Below are positions 1 to 14,800 of a stretch of DNA of 64,000 bases, piece by piece. How positions within the stretch are numbered: the first letter of the stretch is position 1; each line of letters begins with the position of its first letter. A program made the position numbers and the translations under genes. Origin of the DNA: Tubiluchus corallicola (Eukaryota; Animalia; Priapulida). The notes beneath the pieces were generated by a model, which searched no databases, was not told where the DNA came from, and was given only the letters and a program-made list of their open reading frames with translations. The stretch is from positions 62,001 through 126,000 of the forward strand of contig JAQGDQ010000042.1 of NCBI GenBank assembly GCA_030141605.1. Direction: 5' to 3'.

Positions 1-189
1 AAATTACGTACAATTTGTCAATGTTAACAGTACACGTGAACACTAGTAAAACAGCCTGGTATAATAACACAAAGGTCATAAAGCTGTTTGAAAGGCTGAA
101 TGAGTAAAGCAATACACTGGAACTACTACATAACCCACTCACAAGAATGTCTTCACAAACATCAATATTTAAACATAACAAAATATCAC

Positions 190-720
190 CAGAGCCAGAT
201 TACGACCTTTTGTTGCCCTAGGCTAATGAAATTATTAGGCCCTTCTCAGACAGAGTCACGCCCGAACTCGTTCGCACCCATCTTGCATATTTTTTGCTAT
301 ATTTTATAGCGATTTGATATTCTTTAGTGACATATACATAAGTTGAAGTGAACTTATTGCAAATTCTTTAAATAAACTAGAATAGCTCTCTTCTGTTTGT
401 CAATAAAAATATTCTTAAGAAATACCAGTAATTTACTATTCATTGCAAACCAAATTAGCACATGCTGCAACACAACCACTGTGAAAAAACAGATTTTTTA
501 ACCAAATGTATATTTTTTAACCAGCCTATACTAGCCTGTAGGATAATCTAGCCCTGCATGTCATTAAGCTAGAACTAATCAACACAACAACATTCTTTTA
601 AAATGATAAACATGAACATTTCAAGATACAGATGACAATTAATTAGTCTAGGCATGTCCTTAGAATTGTGAGACCCTAGACAACTGCCCAGTTTGTCCAT
701 GCCTCAAGACAATGTTGACT
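190..720. mobile_element. Degenerate copy of the hAT-type MITE family seen at 34559
   Basis: cagagccagattacgacctttt...ctaggctaatgaaattattaggcccttc matches the left end of the 34559 element. Right end is decayed and approximate. Confidence 0.55.
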
Positions 721-1137
721 CTGACTTTATCTGATCTTCTTCTTCTATTGATGGTGACAAGTTAATTTATTTTAAAACATTTCGCTGCAAAATAGTTGGA
801 TTTGTTTTGATTTTAAGTCACTGATGACACTAATCAGAACTAATTTTCCTGCAATTAAAAATGAATGTTGCTGCAGCAATTAACTCTTTTGCTTTCTATT
901 TCAATGACAGATTTGTTTTCCTGAATTCTCCAAGATACAGACTATGATGCCACCTTCAAAATTATGTTTCATAATTTGAAGAAGAAATGCTAAAGATGTT
1001 GATAATAGCCCCCTTGCAACCTCTTTGATAAACTATTTTCTCTTGCACAAGAAACGAAAAATTTTTTTTAATGACAGTTCACAATGAATTTGTATTTGTA
1101 AAATTGTTCCTCAGTTTCAAACTAGTTCCTCAATTAC

Positions 1138-4100
1138 CTGATCCACTTGAGCTGCAATGAGAGCTGAGCTATAGTACATTGAAGGCATAATGTGCTCTAC
1201 AATTGCTACTAAACACCAGAATGATTCCTCTTCATTGAGAAACAGCAATGCAATAGCAGCTAGTCGATTCAAACCCTGTAAAGTAATGGACAATAAAAAA
1301 CAAGACAATAAGGAGATGAAATTAACTGTTTAAAAAATGGAGTTTTGATGACCTACTGGTCGCGTTGCATAAAAACATAGTCGTAGTTCTTGGTGCACAC
1401 AGTTGGAAAATTTCTTGCCCACTCTTAAACAAAGTAATGCAAATAATACAAATTTTTGCCTATTATGGCTAGCTATATATCTTAACGCACCAAAAGACCT
1501 TCGAAGAAAAGAGAAGGCAGGGACGACGTCAATTCAGATCCTAAAAGATTGCAATAAGCTTAGCAACAGGCTGAAGCACCAGATCGGATGGCTGCCATAT
1601 GTGGTTCAAAAATTGGACAATTAATTTGTAAAGACACTACAGTATAAGGACCACAGATGTAAGTGTCTGAGAAAAATTGCTAGATTCAGTCAAGTGACGC
1701 AAATGATGTGCGCCTGTTGAAATGCAAATTCTGTAGATTGCTGTATGGTAAACAATGGATGCCCTATGGTACAGTACAAAAACCGTATAGTTAAACAGCC
1801 CTTGAGCAACAAATATTTGAAGCATTGTTCGATATGTAGGCCAGCAATCTCTCTATACATGTGTGGCATTTAACTCTACTCTGAGGATTTATATGTATTA
1901 TATATTTTGGAAAAAGACACAGGCATCCCACTTTTTGACATGTTCCTAGCTACTACTTCCTAAGATCAGAATACAAGTAATGACCAAGACATCGTCTCAA
2001 TTTCCTCAAACATTTGACATAGAATGAAAAAATGAGGAAGTCAACAAACATTTTATGTTTATTTATTAGCAAGTTTCTAAATTTTCTGTTATTGTTAAAC
2101 AATACTAAGTTACTAGAGTCTACTTGTACTTACATTATTATAACTACAAAAAATGATACAGCAGTAATTAGACAAGCTAAAGCAGAGTAGCAACCTTGGC
2201 CTAATGCTGCATTAACGTGTGCAAGAAACCGTGTCGGTAAGTGAAGAGTAACAGTGTTGCTTGTTTTTAAAAGAAACAATATAATTTTCTTTTTACATAG
2301 CAAAATTCTTGCTACAAGACAAAATTAATCATCAATTTATTCTTACCTGACAATACCCGATAATAGGATTGTGCAGGCTGAACACCTGTAACACACGTCT
2401 GAGTTTGGGAATACCTGCTGAAGATACCATCTCATAATGTTTATTTGCAGGTAAAGTCCGCAATAAATCCATTTCTATCTGTAAGGACAAACAGAATGTA
2501 ATATTATCTGATACTAACAGCCTCTAGAACTCAAATGAGAACTTATTGTTCTGACAAACTGTACCTGTTTAACAGCTGGATTCAGTTTACTACAGCAGTT
2601 TTTAGCTGCTAGCAATTTGCTATAGTATTCATTCCCCAAGCCTCTCTTCTTGGTACCCACCACAGAATCTATGCACCTGAAAATAAAGAAATAAACAGTT
2701 TAACATGAAAAGCAACAGATTTTACAAAAATACACATTTGAGGTTATTGAAATTAATTATGTTGATACACTGAACATTAAAAGTAGAGAAAAAAGTGGCT
2801 CGTTCTACGTACGTAGATATCCATGATGATCTCACAGATACAAATGACTATTTTTGAGTTTCAAACAAAAAATAAAAACAAATCACTTGAAAAAAGAAAC
2901 CTATAACTATTAAAAGCTTTAAAAACACAAACCTATAAAAACATTCAGAGAAGTTTGGACTATATTATAGCAGACATCTTTAGCATCAGAGTGATTTAAA
3001 TATCAACCAGTCTGTATAAGTACAGCTTGTAGGCTCTGCATTTGTCTGTAGCTCTGTGCATGCAGACACTTTGAAGATGACTTCTATAATGCAGTTAAAG
3101 TTCTGCACTATTTTTCACAGTTACATGTTTTTAGAACTTTTAACAATAATGTTGTCTTGTAAACACAATTACTTTCCAGCATAAATTGGCTTACCAAGAC
3201 CAAATGTGTTTCCTGTAGCTATGTGGAACTCCCATCCTGATTAAAGATTTGAGTTTTTCACTGCGACCTACAGGCTGACGGTTCACCAAACCAACCATGT
3301 AATTCTCCCACTTAACCTGAACTGTAATCTTCTCTCGGTCCTAAATTATTTGAAAAGATGCTATTTAAACAGAATACCGTAATGGTTTAGGGACACCAAA
3401 GCTTACAAAATATGAGAGTCAAGAAGCTCAAGCTATAAAGTAATAAATGGGCAAAATAACTAATCTTCGAGCTAAAAAGCAATGAATGGGGAAAAATAAT
3501 CAAAATAGCCCATCTTTCACATTTCTAATACAACAAATGCTGTGTGAGGTCTAATGTAATGGTCACAGTGGCAGGCGTGCATGACTTTCATTGTTCATAA
3601 CAACGATGATAATTTTGGTTGCTAGGCAGCGTGTTGTAATGAACACGTGCACAGAAGCTGTAAGGGATTTAGTAGTTTGGTGTGCATAAATGCAATACAG
3701 AAACTAGGCAGAAAAAGACCAAGCTTTTACATACGGTTCTCTTGAGTGGTTGAAGAATGTTATAACGTAGTTTTAAGTTTGTGTAGCCTTTCTATTTAAT
3801 CATTTGAAATCAGTTCAAATCTATTTAATTTTGATGTGACAATCAACAAACTAACACTTGTGTTTATGTTATTCTGCATATTCTAGTGATTTTTATGATG
3901 AGTTAATCTAGTGCACAGTTAATGTAATTAAAACATCTGTTGTATGCAATCTACGACTCATTCTAAGCTTCTGTGTTGCTGCTCAGTGATTGTGTTCCCA
4001 GATGGTAATGTTGACATCTAACCTGCATCAACGGCTCCATGTCAGTTATCATGAGAGCTGTGTGCATTTCTGGAAAGGGCTTGGGCCCCTTTTATGATGA

Positions 4101-5795
4101 ATAAAACTTACTTTTTACATACGGTTTCCATCATACATGTTGACATCAAATACTCAAACAATTGGAGTGCATAATAACATACAAGTGTCGTCTGTCATTG
4201 AACTAAATTTTGGAACTAGTGCCCTACCCTAAATGAGATATTACCCACATATTGTACCGTACCCCCTTGCTGCACATGTTACACAAGTTTATAGGAAAAA
4301 GCTGATTACCTTCAGTCCAGAAAGGAGTTCATTGTGTTTGCGCATTGCTGTTTCAGCTCTGCTTTTCATGTCAGCAAATTCATCTTTATCAGCAACAGGG
4401 TTAGGATTGTGAGCAAAGCCATATTCATCATATTTTTCTTTAGGAACACTTTGTATAGAAATTAAACAAATTAATTCACTAAAGTAATACACTCACATTA
4501 GTTGCATGATGCTTTGTGGTGTATTTTCAAGAAACCTCATTAGTGAATTCTTAATCATTGCATTAATACTAATCCATCGCAGATAAGATAAATTACTAAC
4601 TAGCAAATGCCAAAATTGCTGCCTGGAGTAATTATAATCATTAAATGGTACAGTAGCTATAGGTGGCACAATAACGTAATACTTAACATGCATCATCAAC
4701 AATCAGAAGGTTGTGAGTTCAAAACACGGTAACTTTCTCTTCATCAGTTAAACAAAAAACCAATAGTTAATTGCCAACTTTTTATTCAATCTTTTAACTC
4801 AATAAATTATAATTAAGTTGTACAAAACACATTTCCCAACAGTCGCAGTTGGTTAGTCAGTCAGTAAAGAGCCATAGAAAAAAATCATTAGATTCGAATG
4901 ATTGCAAAAGACTTGACATGAAAAATTTCTTTTAAAGATTACAAAAACCTGACAAGAAACCTCTGACATATGAATACCATGACAAAAGACGTTAGCAAAA
5001 TTACATTAAATGTGAGAGACACGTCTTCAGACTCTGGATTGAAATCTAGAATCCGGTTTGTTTCTCTAAATTAAGTATACATTTAATGATGCTCTCATTG
5101 GTTGGCCAGTCAGTCCATAAGGCATCAGGCAAGCAGCCAATGATGTAGGTTTACAAGCAAAGTACTTTGTGAAGGAATACCTGGTCAAGTCCAGATGTCC
5201 GGGATGTTCTCCTAAATTATCAGCACATTCAATGGCATCCTTTAATAATCTGGTAACAAGTTCTTGGCTTTTTTCCTGTTCAGTTCCTAAAATAAACATT
5301 CATTACTGAGATTGCTTAACAATAAAAAATGAACAATACAAAACCCACCAAGGATTTAAAAACTGTTAATCTAAACATTTGAAGTAATTATTTCTGCTAC
5401 AAAGTGCTACTATGTTATATTGAGAAAATGCATTGAATGAAGTTTGTTTAAACGCATACCAAGTATAAGTTACAAAAATAACCCAAAATATAATGCTATA
5501 TTATGGTTATGTTATAACTATGTTACAATTACGTTAAGTTATGTCATGTTATGTTATGTTATGTTATGCTATAGCTATGTTATAATGCTATTTATGGTAC
5601 TTTAAAATATAACCACTATGTATGTTAAATTTTACTCTATTTAAAAAATTTTAATGAATAATTGCCACCTGTAATTATTAACAGTTTTTACTGTTATTGT
5701 AACTGTATGTAACTAAAACTATATTTTATTAAACCCATTTTAATGTTGTTTTTCCTGTACAGAGAAGCCTCGCATAAATTGCGATATTTTTATTT

Positions 5796-5843
<48 letters not shown>

Positions 5844-8800
5844 ATGCCCATTACGTTTACTGTAGACATTGGGCAGGCAGAACTCTAAAGTAAAAGAAAT
5901 CTGCCCTCAAAACATGCAAACACATAAGTAATCCAGCAAAAAACTAGACACTGCTACGCCAGTGGCTTGTCAGCACCACTTCCGACCATTTAATACTATG
6001 TACATAAATAATAATGGAAAGGTTTTTAAACTGTCTGCAAAACACAATTAAACTCTTCCAAGTCATTGAAACACGATGTATTTAAATTAATTAATAAATA
6101 AAGTAATTCAACACTACAAACACTGTAAAAAATACCTATTTACCAAAAGTTGGAATGTGCATTTCATTCATTAGAATCAAGTATTTACTGAGAATCTGAA
6201 AGTACTTTGCTTCCCATTCACTGGCATTTCTGTTAAAAATAAAAAGTTGTTAAGAAACATTGCAAGTCAAAATGATTCTCTGTTCGAAATTTTTTGTCAA
6301 GCACGAAGCATTAGTACTAGGTACCTACAAACTTTGCTTTTATGTCAGTAAGTAAGTCAATCAGTCAGTCAGTAAGTAAGTAAGTAAGTAATACTTACTG
6401 TTTATTTTTTTTATTTTTTAAATAACTATTTTCATGAACTTTTTGATACTAATACTGGAAGAGAAACGACCAAGCTGTGAAATTATTGACTTCATAATTT
6501 AGACATATACAGTGAAGGATACATATTCACTACAAGGACAAAACAGCTTTATATATTTACTGACATATATTACGCAAATGTAAACACAATTATGTGAATT
6601 TAAAAATACTTTACATGAGCCAACAAACACTGAAAGACCTAACTTGGAACAATTGATTTATGACAATACGTTAAAAGCAAATTATAAAAAAAACGAGTTA
6701 AAAAATAAGTAAATTTTTTTATACGCAATAAGATGTTGTTCTCTGGAACTATCATCATCCCGTAGCTGAATTAATTCTAAAACTTCCTTATTGAGAAATT
6801 GGTTCTGATTCTCATATGCAGAGAGAGTGAACTGAAAATAAAAATAGCAAAATTTAGAAATTAATAGTATAATAAAAAATGCATAGCTTCCTAATAAACT
6901 AGACAGATTAGATTAGGTTAGGTTAAATTAGGTTAGATTAGACTAGGCTGGGCTAGGTAAGGTTAGGCTAGATTAGACAAGATTAGATTAGATTAGACTA
7001 ACTAGAATAGATTAATATTTACTGATCCCAGACGAAATTATATTTGGCCTTTTCCCAAATGCCGACAGTTTACTCAGAGTATCCGCTGTGTTGCTGTTTG
7101 TCATATTTTTACCCTGAACATCCACAAATGCACAACGGCCATTCTTAAAGCCTTTTCCCTTGGCTCTTATCTATGGAATTCTTTATCAGCAAGTTGTTTT
7201 CCTCTAAACTTCAAGCTTGGATGCTTATATAAGAACAATAACAAATACCTGCTGTCACAAGTATATTAGTTATCAAGAACTCTACTTTAAAACCAGTATT
7301 CAAATTTTAACTTTGTTGCTTTATACTAAGTGGCCACTAGCCTTACTTTTGTTGCAACTTACATAAGAAATATGACCAATGAAGAAAGCAATCTGATCAA
7401 ACTGTTGAGATGTCTTTACCGAATTGTGTATAATTTTGCAAACAAGTGTTTACAGCCACTTCCAACAATGTACTTATCCAGAAATACAGGCCTATTATTT
7501 CTGAAGGACTGCTCAGTTTTCTTTACACAGCATGCATATTGTCCAAATGAAACACAAGACACATTGCAGTTTTGTTAAACAGCAAGAACTATAAACGTAT
7601 TTTGGGGCCAAATTTATTAACACAATATTTTTTTGCATTATGCACCACAAACCTTCAGTCTCTCCATTTCCTCTTCAAGAATTGGATTTCCTGCTCCACC
7701 AAATACTTCTGGCTGCTCCACGGGATAGAACTGACTCTTTCCTTCTATCTTCCACTTTTGTGAATTTTGAGCTTCCAGCTCTTCACTTAGCTCAATTAAC
7801 CGATTACTCAGCTCGATAACAACCTATAATAAAGAACAAAGAATTAAATGAGGCTTATGAAAGTGCACATAAGCGATTTTTTCATATATATGCACTTTTT
7901 GGTGTATTACCATCAGAATCGTTAGAAGGGAGAATTAGTGTAGGCTTACAGTACAAATCATTTTCCATGTAACTCTAGCAAGGGCTGACAATAAAAATAT
8001 TTCTGTTTCCATCTGGTAATATTTTTTTATCTTATCGTCCAGGAATTTTATATTTTTTTTACATACACATACTTACCTGCCACAATTATACAAAAGCATA
8101 TTTTTTTATTTAAAATGTAAAATGCAATAACTATTAAGACATCATTCTTTCAGTGAGGATGTAGCCATGTTTTTCTACCACTAACTCTCAGCTGGGGTTC
8201 CCGTTTTATATGATGCTGGTTATCGAATTGGAGGCTAAAAAGTATCCACTTTGCCAAATCCGTGTATTAGGAGCACTGTAGCTTATACCATAATTATCAG
8301 ACCATACATTCATAAGGTACAAAAAAGAGACTATACAATAATTGATAATTATACAATAATTTAGTATATCAAAACAAATAATTAAAAAACAAAGCTTGAA
8401 AAAAGTGCACTGAAAAAATTTAAAAAATTATTGCTAACCAGTGGGAAGTAAACTTTGATTCCGACCGCTTTTAAATATTAGGTTTAAACATTCACAACGC
8501 TTTAAAAAAAATTGTTTTGGAAAAAAATTTCCACGATTACGTTTTAAAGTTTAAAAAAAATGTTTTCAAAAAAATTCTTCCCTCCCTCCCTACTGACATC
8601 TTTTGAGCTCAAGAGGTAAGAGAGAAACATTTTTTGTGGCCAGCCTGGTGAAGTCACTAAACTTAACAAGTGATGACTTAAACCTGATATTCTCTCTCTA
8701 TAGAGCTTAAATACCATTTTAACAAAAACTAAACACGAGTACTCATTTTAAGAAAAACAGTTCCAAAGAAACAAGCTAGTCAGTCTGAAAAGCTGAGGGT

Positions 8801-11800
8801 GCTGCTAATACATGTGCTGAATGATTAGCCACAAATAAACTGGAAAATTATTGCACTACTTGTGAGTAGTAATATAAGAAAGTTTAAATTAAATTTAATA
8901 TAGCTCTTAAATTTAAATTTTATCAATTTAATATTTTTGAAGAGTGATCAAGAAGTGAAACGATATACTAAAACCATGTCAGAACATGTAAACTAGTATC
9001 TTAAATACAGTAGTTACACTCAGTCAACTAATAATTGCAGCACCTTTCAAATTATAGTTTACACAAGTTTTGCAAATACGATTTATTGTAAAAAAGATTC
9101 GGATATTTTACCTTATCCTTTGCATCTTTGTATTCTTGAAAAACAGACAGATCATCTTGCAGTGAAGTTACTTCATTTTCTAAATCACTGTAATAAAATA
9201 GATGGTTACAAATAGATATTACACACTAGTAGCTAAGGAACAATTCAAAAGAAAAAATCTGGATATATATATTCTATAAATGATAGTCTGTGACATCTTC
9301 ATCGTATTTCTTGTCTAACTGTTAAAATTATAACATCTAGTACACTATGTCAAATTCTAATGTAGGGATGTTAATAATAATGATACTTATCAATAATTTA
9401 TCACGTCGATAATTATCGATTATCATATCGATGAGAAGAACTTGTTTTTATCATTATTGTATCGAAATTATTCTAGGAATATCATTATCGTATCAAATTT
9501 GGTGCTTATTGCTGCTTATCGCTCACTTTTATAAAACCATTTTTAAACTTATTTTTTCATTTATTTATTTGAATTACTCAAAAATTTAAATAAAGAGTTA
9601 TTTTTAAGATGGTTTGGATGATCTTCTTGTACTTTCTTTCTGCAAAAGCAGTTATCTTCAGTCGGTTTAGTATAAAATAGTTATCAGTCGTAGTTCACGT
9701 ATTAATATTGTTTTATGACTAAACAAAAAAGAGGACTTTGCCATACATTACATGTATCTATACCATTAATTAGGAAACAGCCTGTAAGTATATGTTGTAA
9801 GCTGTTTCAATGCACTGAGACCCCCTGCACAATAACTAACTACATGTTCAGTATCATTTTTAGCTTTCCAAATAATTTATGATATCGTATTGTGTCGTCT
9901 GAAAGACAGATTGTTGATATTGTATCGTTCGAAAAAAGTATCACATCGTATCGCATCGTTATCGTTTCGCCAAACTTGTATTAATTAACATCATAAATAG
10001 GATGGGTTATGACAAATTCCAAATTAAGACTTCAACACATTATTAAAAAAAGTAAGAAGCTTTTGTTAAATCATTGGAGTAATGCAAAATGGTCAGAGGG
10101 TAAAAGAATAACCAGTATTCAAGTATTATTTAGTACTAACAAGAAACAGAACTAGTGCCTTTATACCTTTTAAGCCATCTTACACATTAAATGTGGGGAA
10201 ATGGCTGTAATTCACAGTATGGAAATGAATGCAATTATTATGAAACAACAGAAGAAGATGAGATATTTTGATAGATGTTTTTTATTGCATAACGATCAAC
10301 ATCCTTGAATTTTATCATATAGTTTTACAGCGACTAACAAGATTAAATCCAGACACACTTTTTTCAAAAATGAAGTCATGAGTCATTCATCTCAAAATTA
10401 AGATAATTAATAATTACTTCCATTACCATTACAAAAACAAATTACTTCAAAATAAAGTACAAATTTCCATGCTTAGTTTCACGTACCTGATTTTAGAATG
10501 TAAAGCTGTGATTTCTAGATTTCGTTCTTGTAGTAAATGTTCGCGTTCTGTAAGAGACTGATCTTTATTACGTAACAGCTCCAACCTCTCGTCCTCAGTA
10601 ATGCAGCCAGACCATATCTCACTACACAAAAAGGTTCAGCAAGAAACTTAAATTTATGAAGTATTGCTTCAGAAATTATTATATTACCTAGATTATAAAA
10701 CTAATTCTGCAGCTTTATAGGACGGCTTTTCTCAGACTGCTGGCTTACATGCGACATAAAAGTTAAACGAAAAAATCAAATGCCATGGGTAAATATTCTT
10801 CTTACACTTTGTATAAAATACAGGCTTTATTTAAGTCAGTGATTATTCTGTTTTGGAGAAAATAATGGAATGTTAGAATGTGAACTACCCCAAAGGATTT
10901 TGGCACAAGCAGTTTGATAGCATCCAGTTAAAGGAGTAAATGACAGGCATTGTTTTCGTTAAGACAATCAAGCAATGAACATTAATCAGTAACAAATGAT
11001 CCATAATTAAGCAGGAACCAATGCCCAATCGGTTTTTATATCTCAGTGACAAAAACATAGTTAGACAGGACAACCACCATTCAATGTCTGTGATTTAAAC
11101 CATGAGCGAAGATACCCGAGAAATTGCTAAGGAAGGATCAAAATAAAAAAACGTTTGATTTGCAGCTCTGAAACGATTTGTAGCCCGGTGGGCTTGTACT
11201 TTTTTTAAATAAACATATTTGAAATAATTGCAAATAAATGCTATTCATGTTGCCTTAGACTGCAAAATTTACAGGTGAACAACAGCAGGAAAAAACAAAT
11301 CTATTGCAAAATATAAATAACTACTCTAAGTGTTAATTAAAATGAAAATTCATCTTCATTTTTAGATGAACCAATATATTGTTGAACCAGTCCAAATATG
11401 ATGATAGGTTTATAACCTAGTAATGAATCAGAAAGAATAACTGAAATTTTTAATTGTGAGTTAAAGTCGTTTATATAAAAAGGTAATGTGTTTGTTTGGT
11501 AGAGGTTTGTTAGTCATTCTCCAAGTTCTTCTCTACAAACAACACGGAAAGGGCAATCGAGCAAAATTTTTTAACATTTTCAATTTGAAAACCACAGATA
11601 CAATTTTTAAGAACAATAATACCCACCTAGGGTAAGTACTTTTTCAGAAAATGAAAAGACGATATTGTTCTATTACCTTTTAATATCAAGAAATAGTGAA
11701 CTATTATTGAAAGTAATACGAGTGGTGCTACATAACTGGAAACTACCATAATTTCTGGCATAAAGTTTCATCACTTAAAAATCGGAAAACAGTAAACAAA

Positions 11801-14800
11801 TTTGAAATTTAGATCTATATCAATGTGTAAAGCATGTGACATGAGAATAAATGTGACTGATGCTAAAACAAGAATTATTGGAATTTGATACCTTGATCTC
11901 TTTGATGCTGCAAATGTGTCCAGTTTTCTCTGCAAGACTTTGTTGGCTTTCTTACATGAGTCCAGCTCACGTTCCAGTACCTCCAACTCCTCTTGCTGCG
12001 ACTTGACAAAAACTGATAACTATCAAATATAATTACATGTTAGATGTATTAAAGTGTATATATGTCGCAAAGTTAATAAATAAATCATAGTCACAATGTA
12101 TTCAAATTCTATAACTTTACTACAAGTGGTCGAATAAGGTGAGTACTAAAGTGTAATAGTAAAACAGATTTTTCTCTGCTACTTCTTAAATATAAAATGC
12201 AATACAGCACGCATAGATATAGAAAAACTGGTTATACTTTGATTCTGTTTTTCTCTTGGACTTCTTATCTTTGGAATTCATTACCACAAGATTGTTTACC
12301 TATAAACTACAGCCTCACTTGATTTAAGAATAACAACAGATATCTTCTATCAACATAAAATTAGATATATAACTTCTATCCCCTGAAAATATTTGTATCT
12401 TAACCTGCTTTGTTTGAGGCAGTTTGTATAAAAAAACACAAAATTAGGACAAATTATTTAATTTTCTGTTGAAACAGAAATTCATTTATATTTGAACTCT
12501 TTACATTCTATCATAATTGAAACAGAAAGCGCAGAAGATTTAGAAATGTTGTGTCGTTATTTTTTATACAAAAACTCCATGTACATCAACTGTACATTTC
12601 ATAACTATGAATAATTACAACTGCAATATTTATAAAATAAACAGAAATTATTAATTTTATCATTTTAACTCTCCACATGTCAATTTTTTGTGGCAAAGCT
12701 GACATTATTATCTCTTAAGAGAAAAGTAGCAAAAATATGACGACAATTATTAGTGACAGCACACTCATTTTCACACTCACATTAACAAAGAATGTCACAT
12801 ATTCATACCTGATTACAATTTGGACAAGCGTTTTTGGGAGCCAGTATAGGTGATGAAATCTCTACTTCACCCGCACTGATATTTCGTTTGAAAAAAACAC
12901 GAAAAGCATTAGACTTGTCTTTAGAAGAAGGCGTAGTAAGCGTTTTTGGCTGGATTACTTCCTCGTCAAATTGAATGAGTGGAGATTCGGCTGCATCATC
13001 TGCTATTTCATCTTCCAAAAAAAGTAAAATGACAAAATTTTAAAAATTTAACGTAATATCATGAAAGTATGACATTGACTATTACAGTCAAAACACTTCT
13101 CACATGACTGCTTGCAAACACAATCACTTACTGTGATCAAAGGGAAGAGTTCAGTAATACAATATTCTAGCTTGCATTTAGTCCAAAACAAGAGTAAGGT
13201 GTGGTACATAACCTTTGCTAATGAGGCACAAAAACTTTGAGTGACAGTACAGAACTATCTATTATATCAAAATATTGCTTAAGCAATATAGAATCTATTA
13301 TATGTTATACCCTCAGTAATTAGTTTGGAAACTGCACGTGACTTGCACAGTCTGCAATCTTGATTGCAGCAGCAACTCAAAGAACTAAGGATCTCCCAAA
13401 CATACCATGTAAATGTTTCACAAGACTGTCTGTTGAATACCTATTAATGGCATGTTTTTGAAACACTTTTGTATCCCCTCTGTTTTGCTGGATAACTCTA
13501 ATGTGTTTGGCAAGTAGAAGTGCAGTGATTTTCAAAGAATTCCATTAAATCGAAAAAAATCATTCCCAGAGTTTTTAGGTCACTGCCCCCCAATCATAAC
13601 CTCAAGACCACAGGCTGTATGAGATGCACAAGGCATGAGGTTTCTCCATTAATTTTGAGAGAATCATAAATTCTCTCACATTTCAGCATTAGTTCTGTGC
13701 TGTTTCCATACCTCCCTAGCAAAAGGTCGTATAAACTATCTTGTATAAATTGAGAATTTTTCCATGTTTTTAAGAGACATCAGTGTATTACTAATAAGGT
13801 GGAAAAATAACAAAATCAACCATCTTATCAGCAAACGAAGTTTCACAATTCAAACCGATCTTTTGCACATACACTCTCCTGAAGACAAATGACTCCTAAG
13901 TTTCTTCTTGATATTCAAAGTTTCTCTAAGCTGATTAGCGATTGTTTTTCCCAGAGACGGGACCCTCGTATGCCGACATTGGTCGGCAGCTTCTTTACCA
14001 ACTTGACCAGCGGGCGGTATCACGGGAAAATTTAAACCCTGAAACTGGTCAGAGAGTTCAAGCGTGACATCTTCTTCAGATTCTGCTAGTCCTCCAGTGT
14101 GCTGAAAGAAAAATTTAAAGCTATAAAATTTAGCACTTGAAACGTAAGTGAGCAAAAAATGTATATTTTACTAGAAAGAAAAAGTAGAGCTTTTAAGACT
14201 TACTGGTGCATCTTCGCGGGAACGAGGAGCACGAAAAGAATTGGATGTGGCTGACGAAGTTTTACGGAAACTGAAAGCCCGTCGTCGCCTCTGCAGTTCT
14301 TGCAGCCAGTACATGCGGCCATTCTCATCGGGTGCCTGAAATTGCCACAGTTCTCCTTTTGCCCTACAACGTAACGTAATGCTCAGCTGTACAGAAAGTT
14401 GGAAAGCATTGGTAAAATAACCTTAAAAACAGGTTGAATGGAGACATATGTGCAGTGAAGTTATGATACTGCAGGATGAACACCTCATTGTAAAAAACAC
14501 ATACGGTAGCTAGTTTTCGTGCAAAGTACACTTTTGCAAAAAAACATGAAGAATTTTGATTACAAAAAACATGTACAAAAAAGGCAAAATAACAGGAACA
14601 AGTTCGTAATTAAAAATACTATGCATAGCTGGCCACTAGGTAACAAAAAAGCATACATTACAGTAACTGCCTGCAAAGAAGAAAAATGTCTGCAGACTGG
14701 CAAAGGAACACATGCAGTAGCAAATTACGAAACACCATGCTTACTATTCATTTATGAAGGCGACCACACAACAGTTATCTAGTTATGAGTAGCATACTCA

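Noticed and set aside
5758-5766. METTL16 target nonamer TACAGAGAA
   Set aside because: On the strand opposite the TBC1D2-like transcript, with no evident hairpin or further U6 similarity; compatible with chance.
6900-7012. Interstitial TTAGG telomeric array
   Set aside because: Only a few TTAGG units mixed with TTAGA/CTAGG; better explained as a degenerate microsatellite and not usable as taxonomic evidence.
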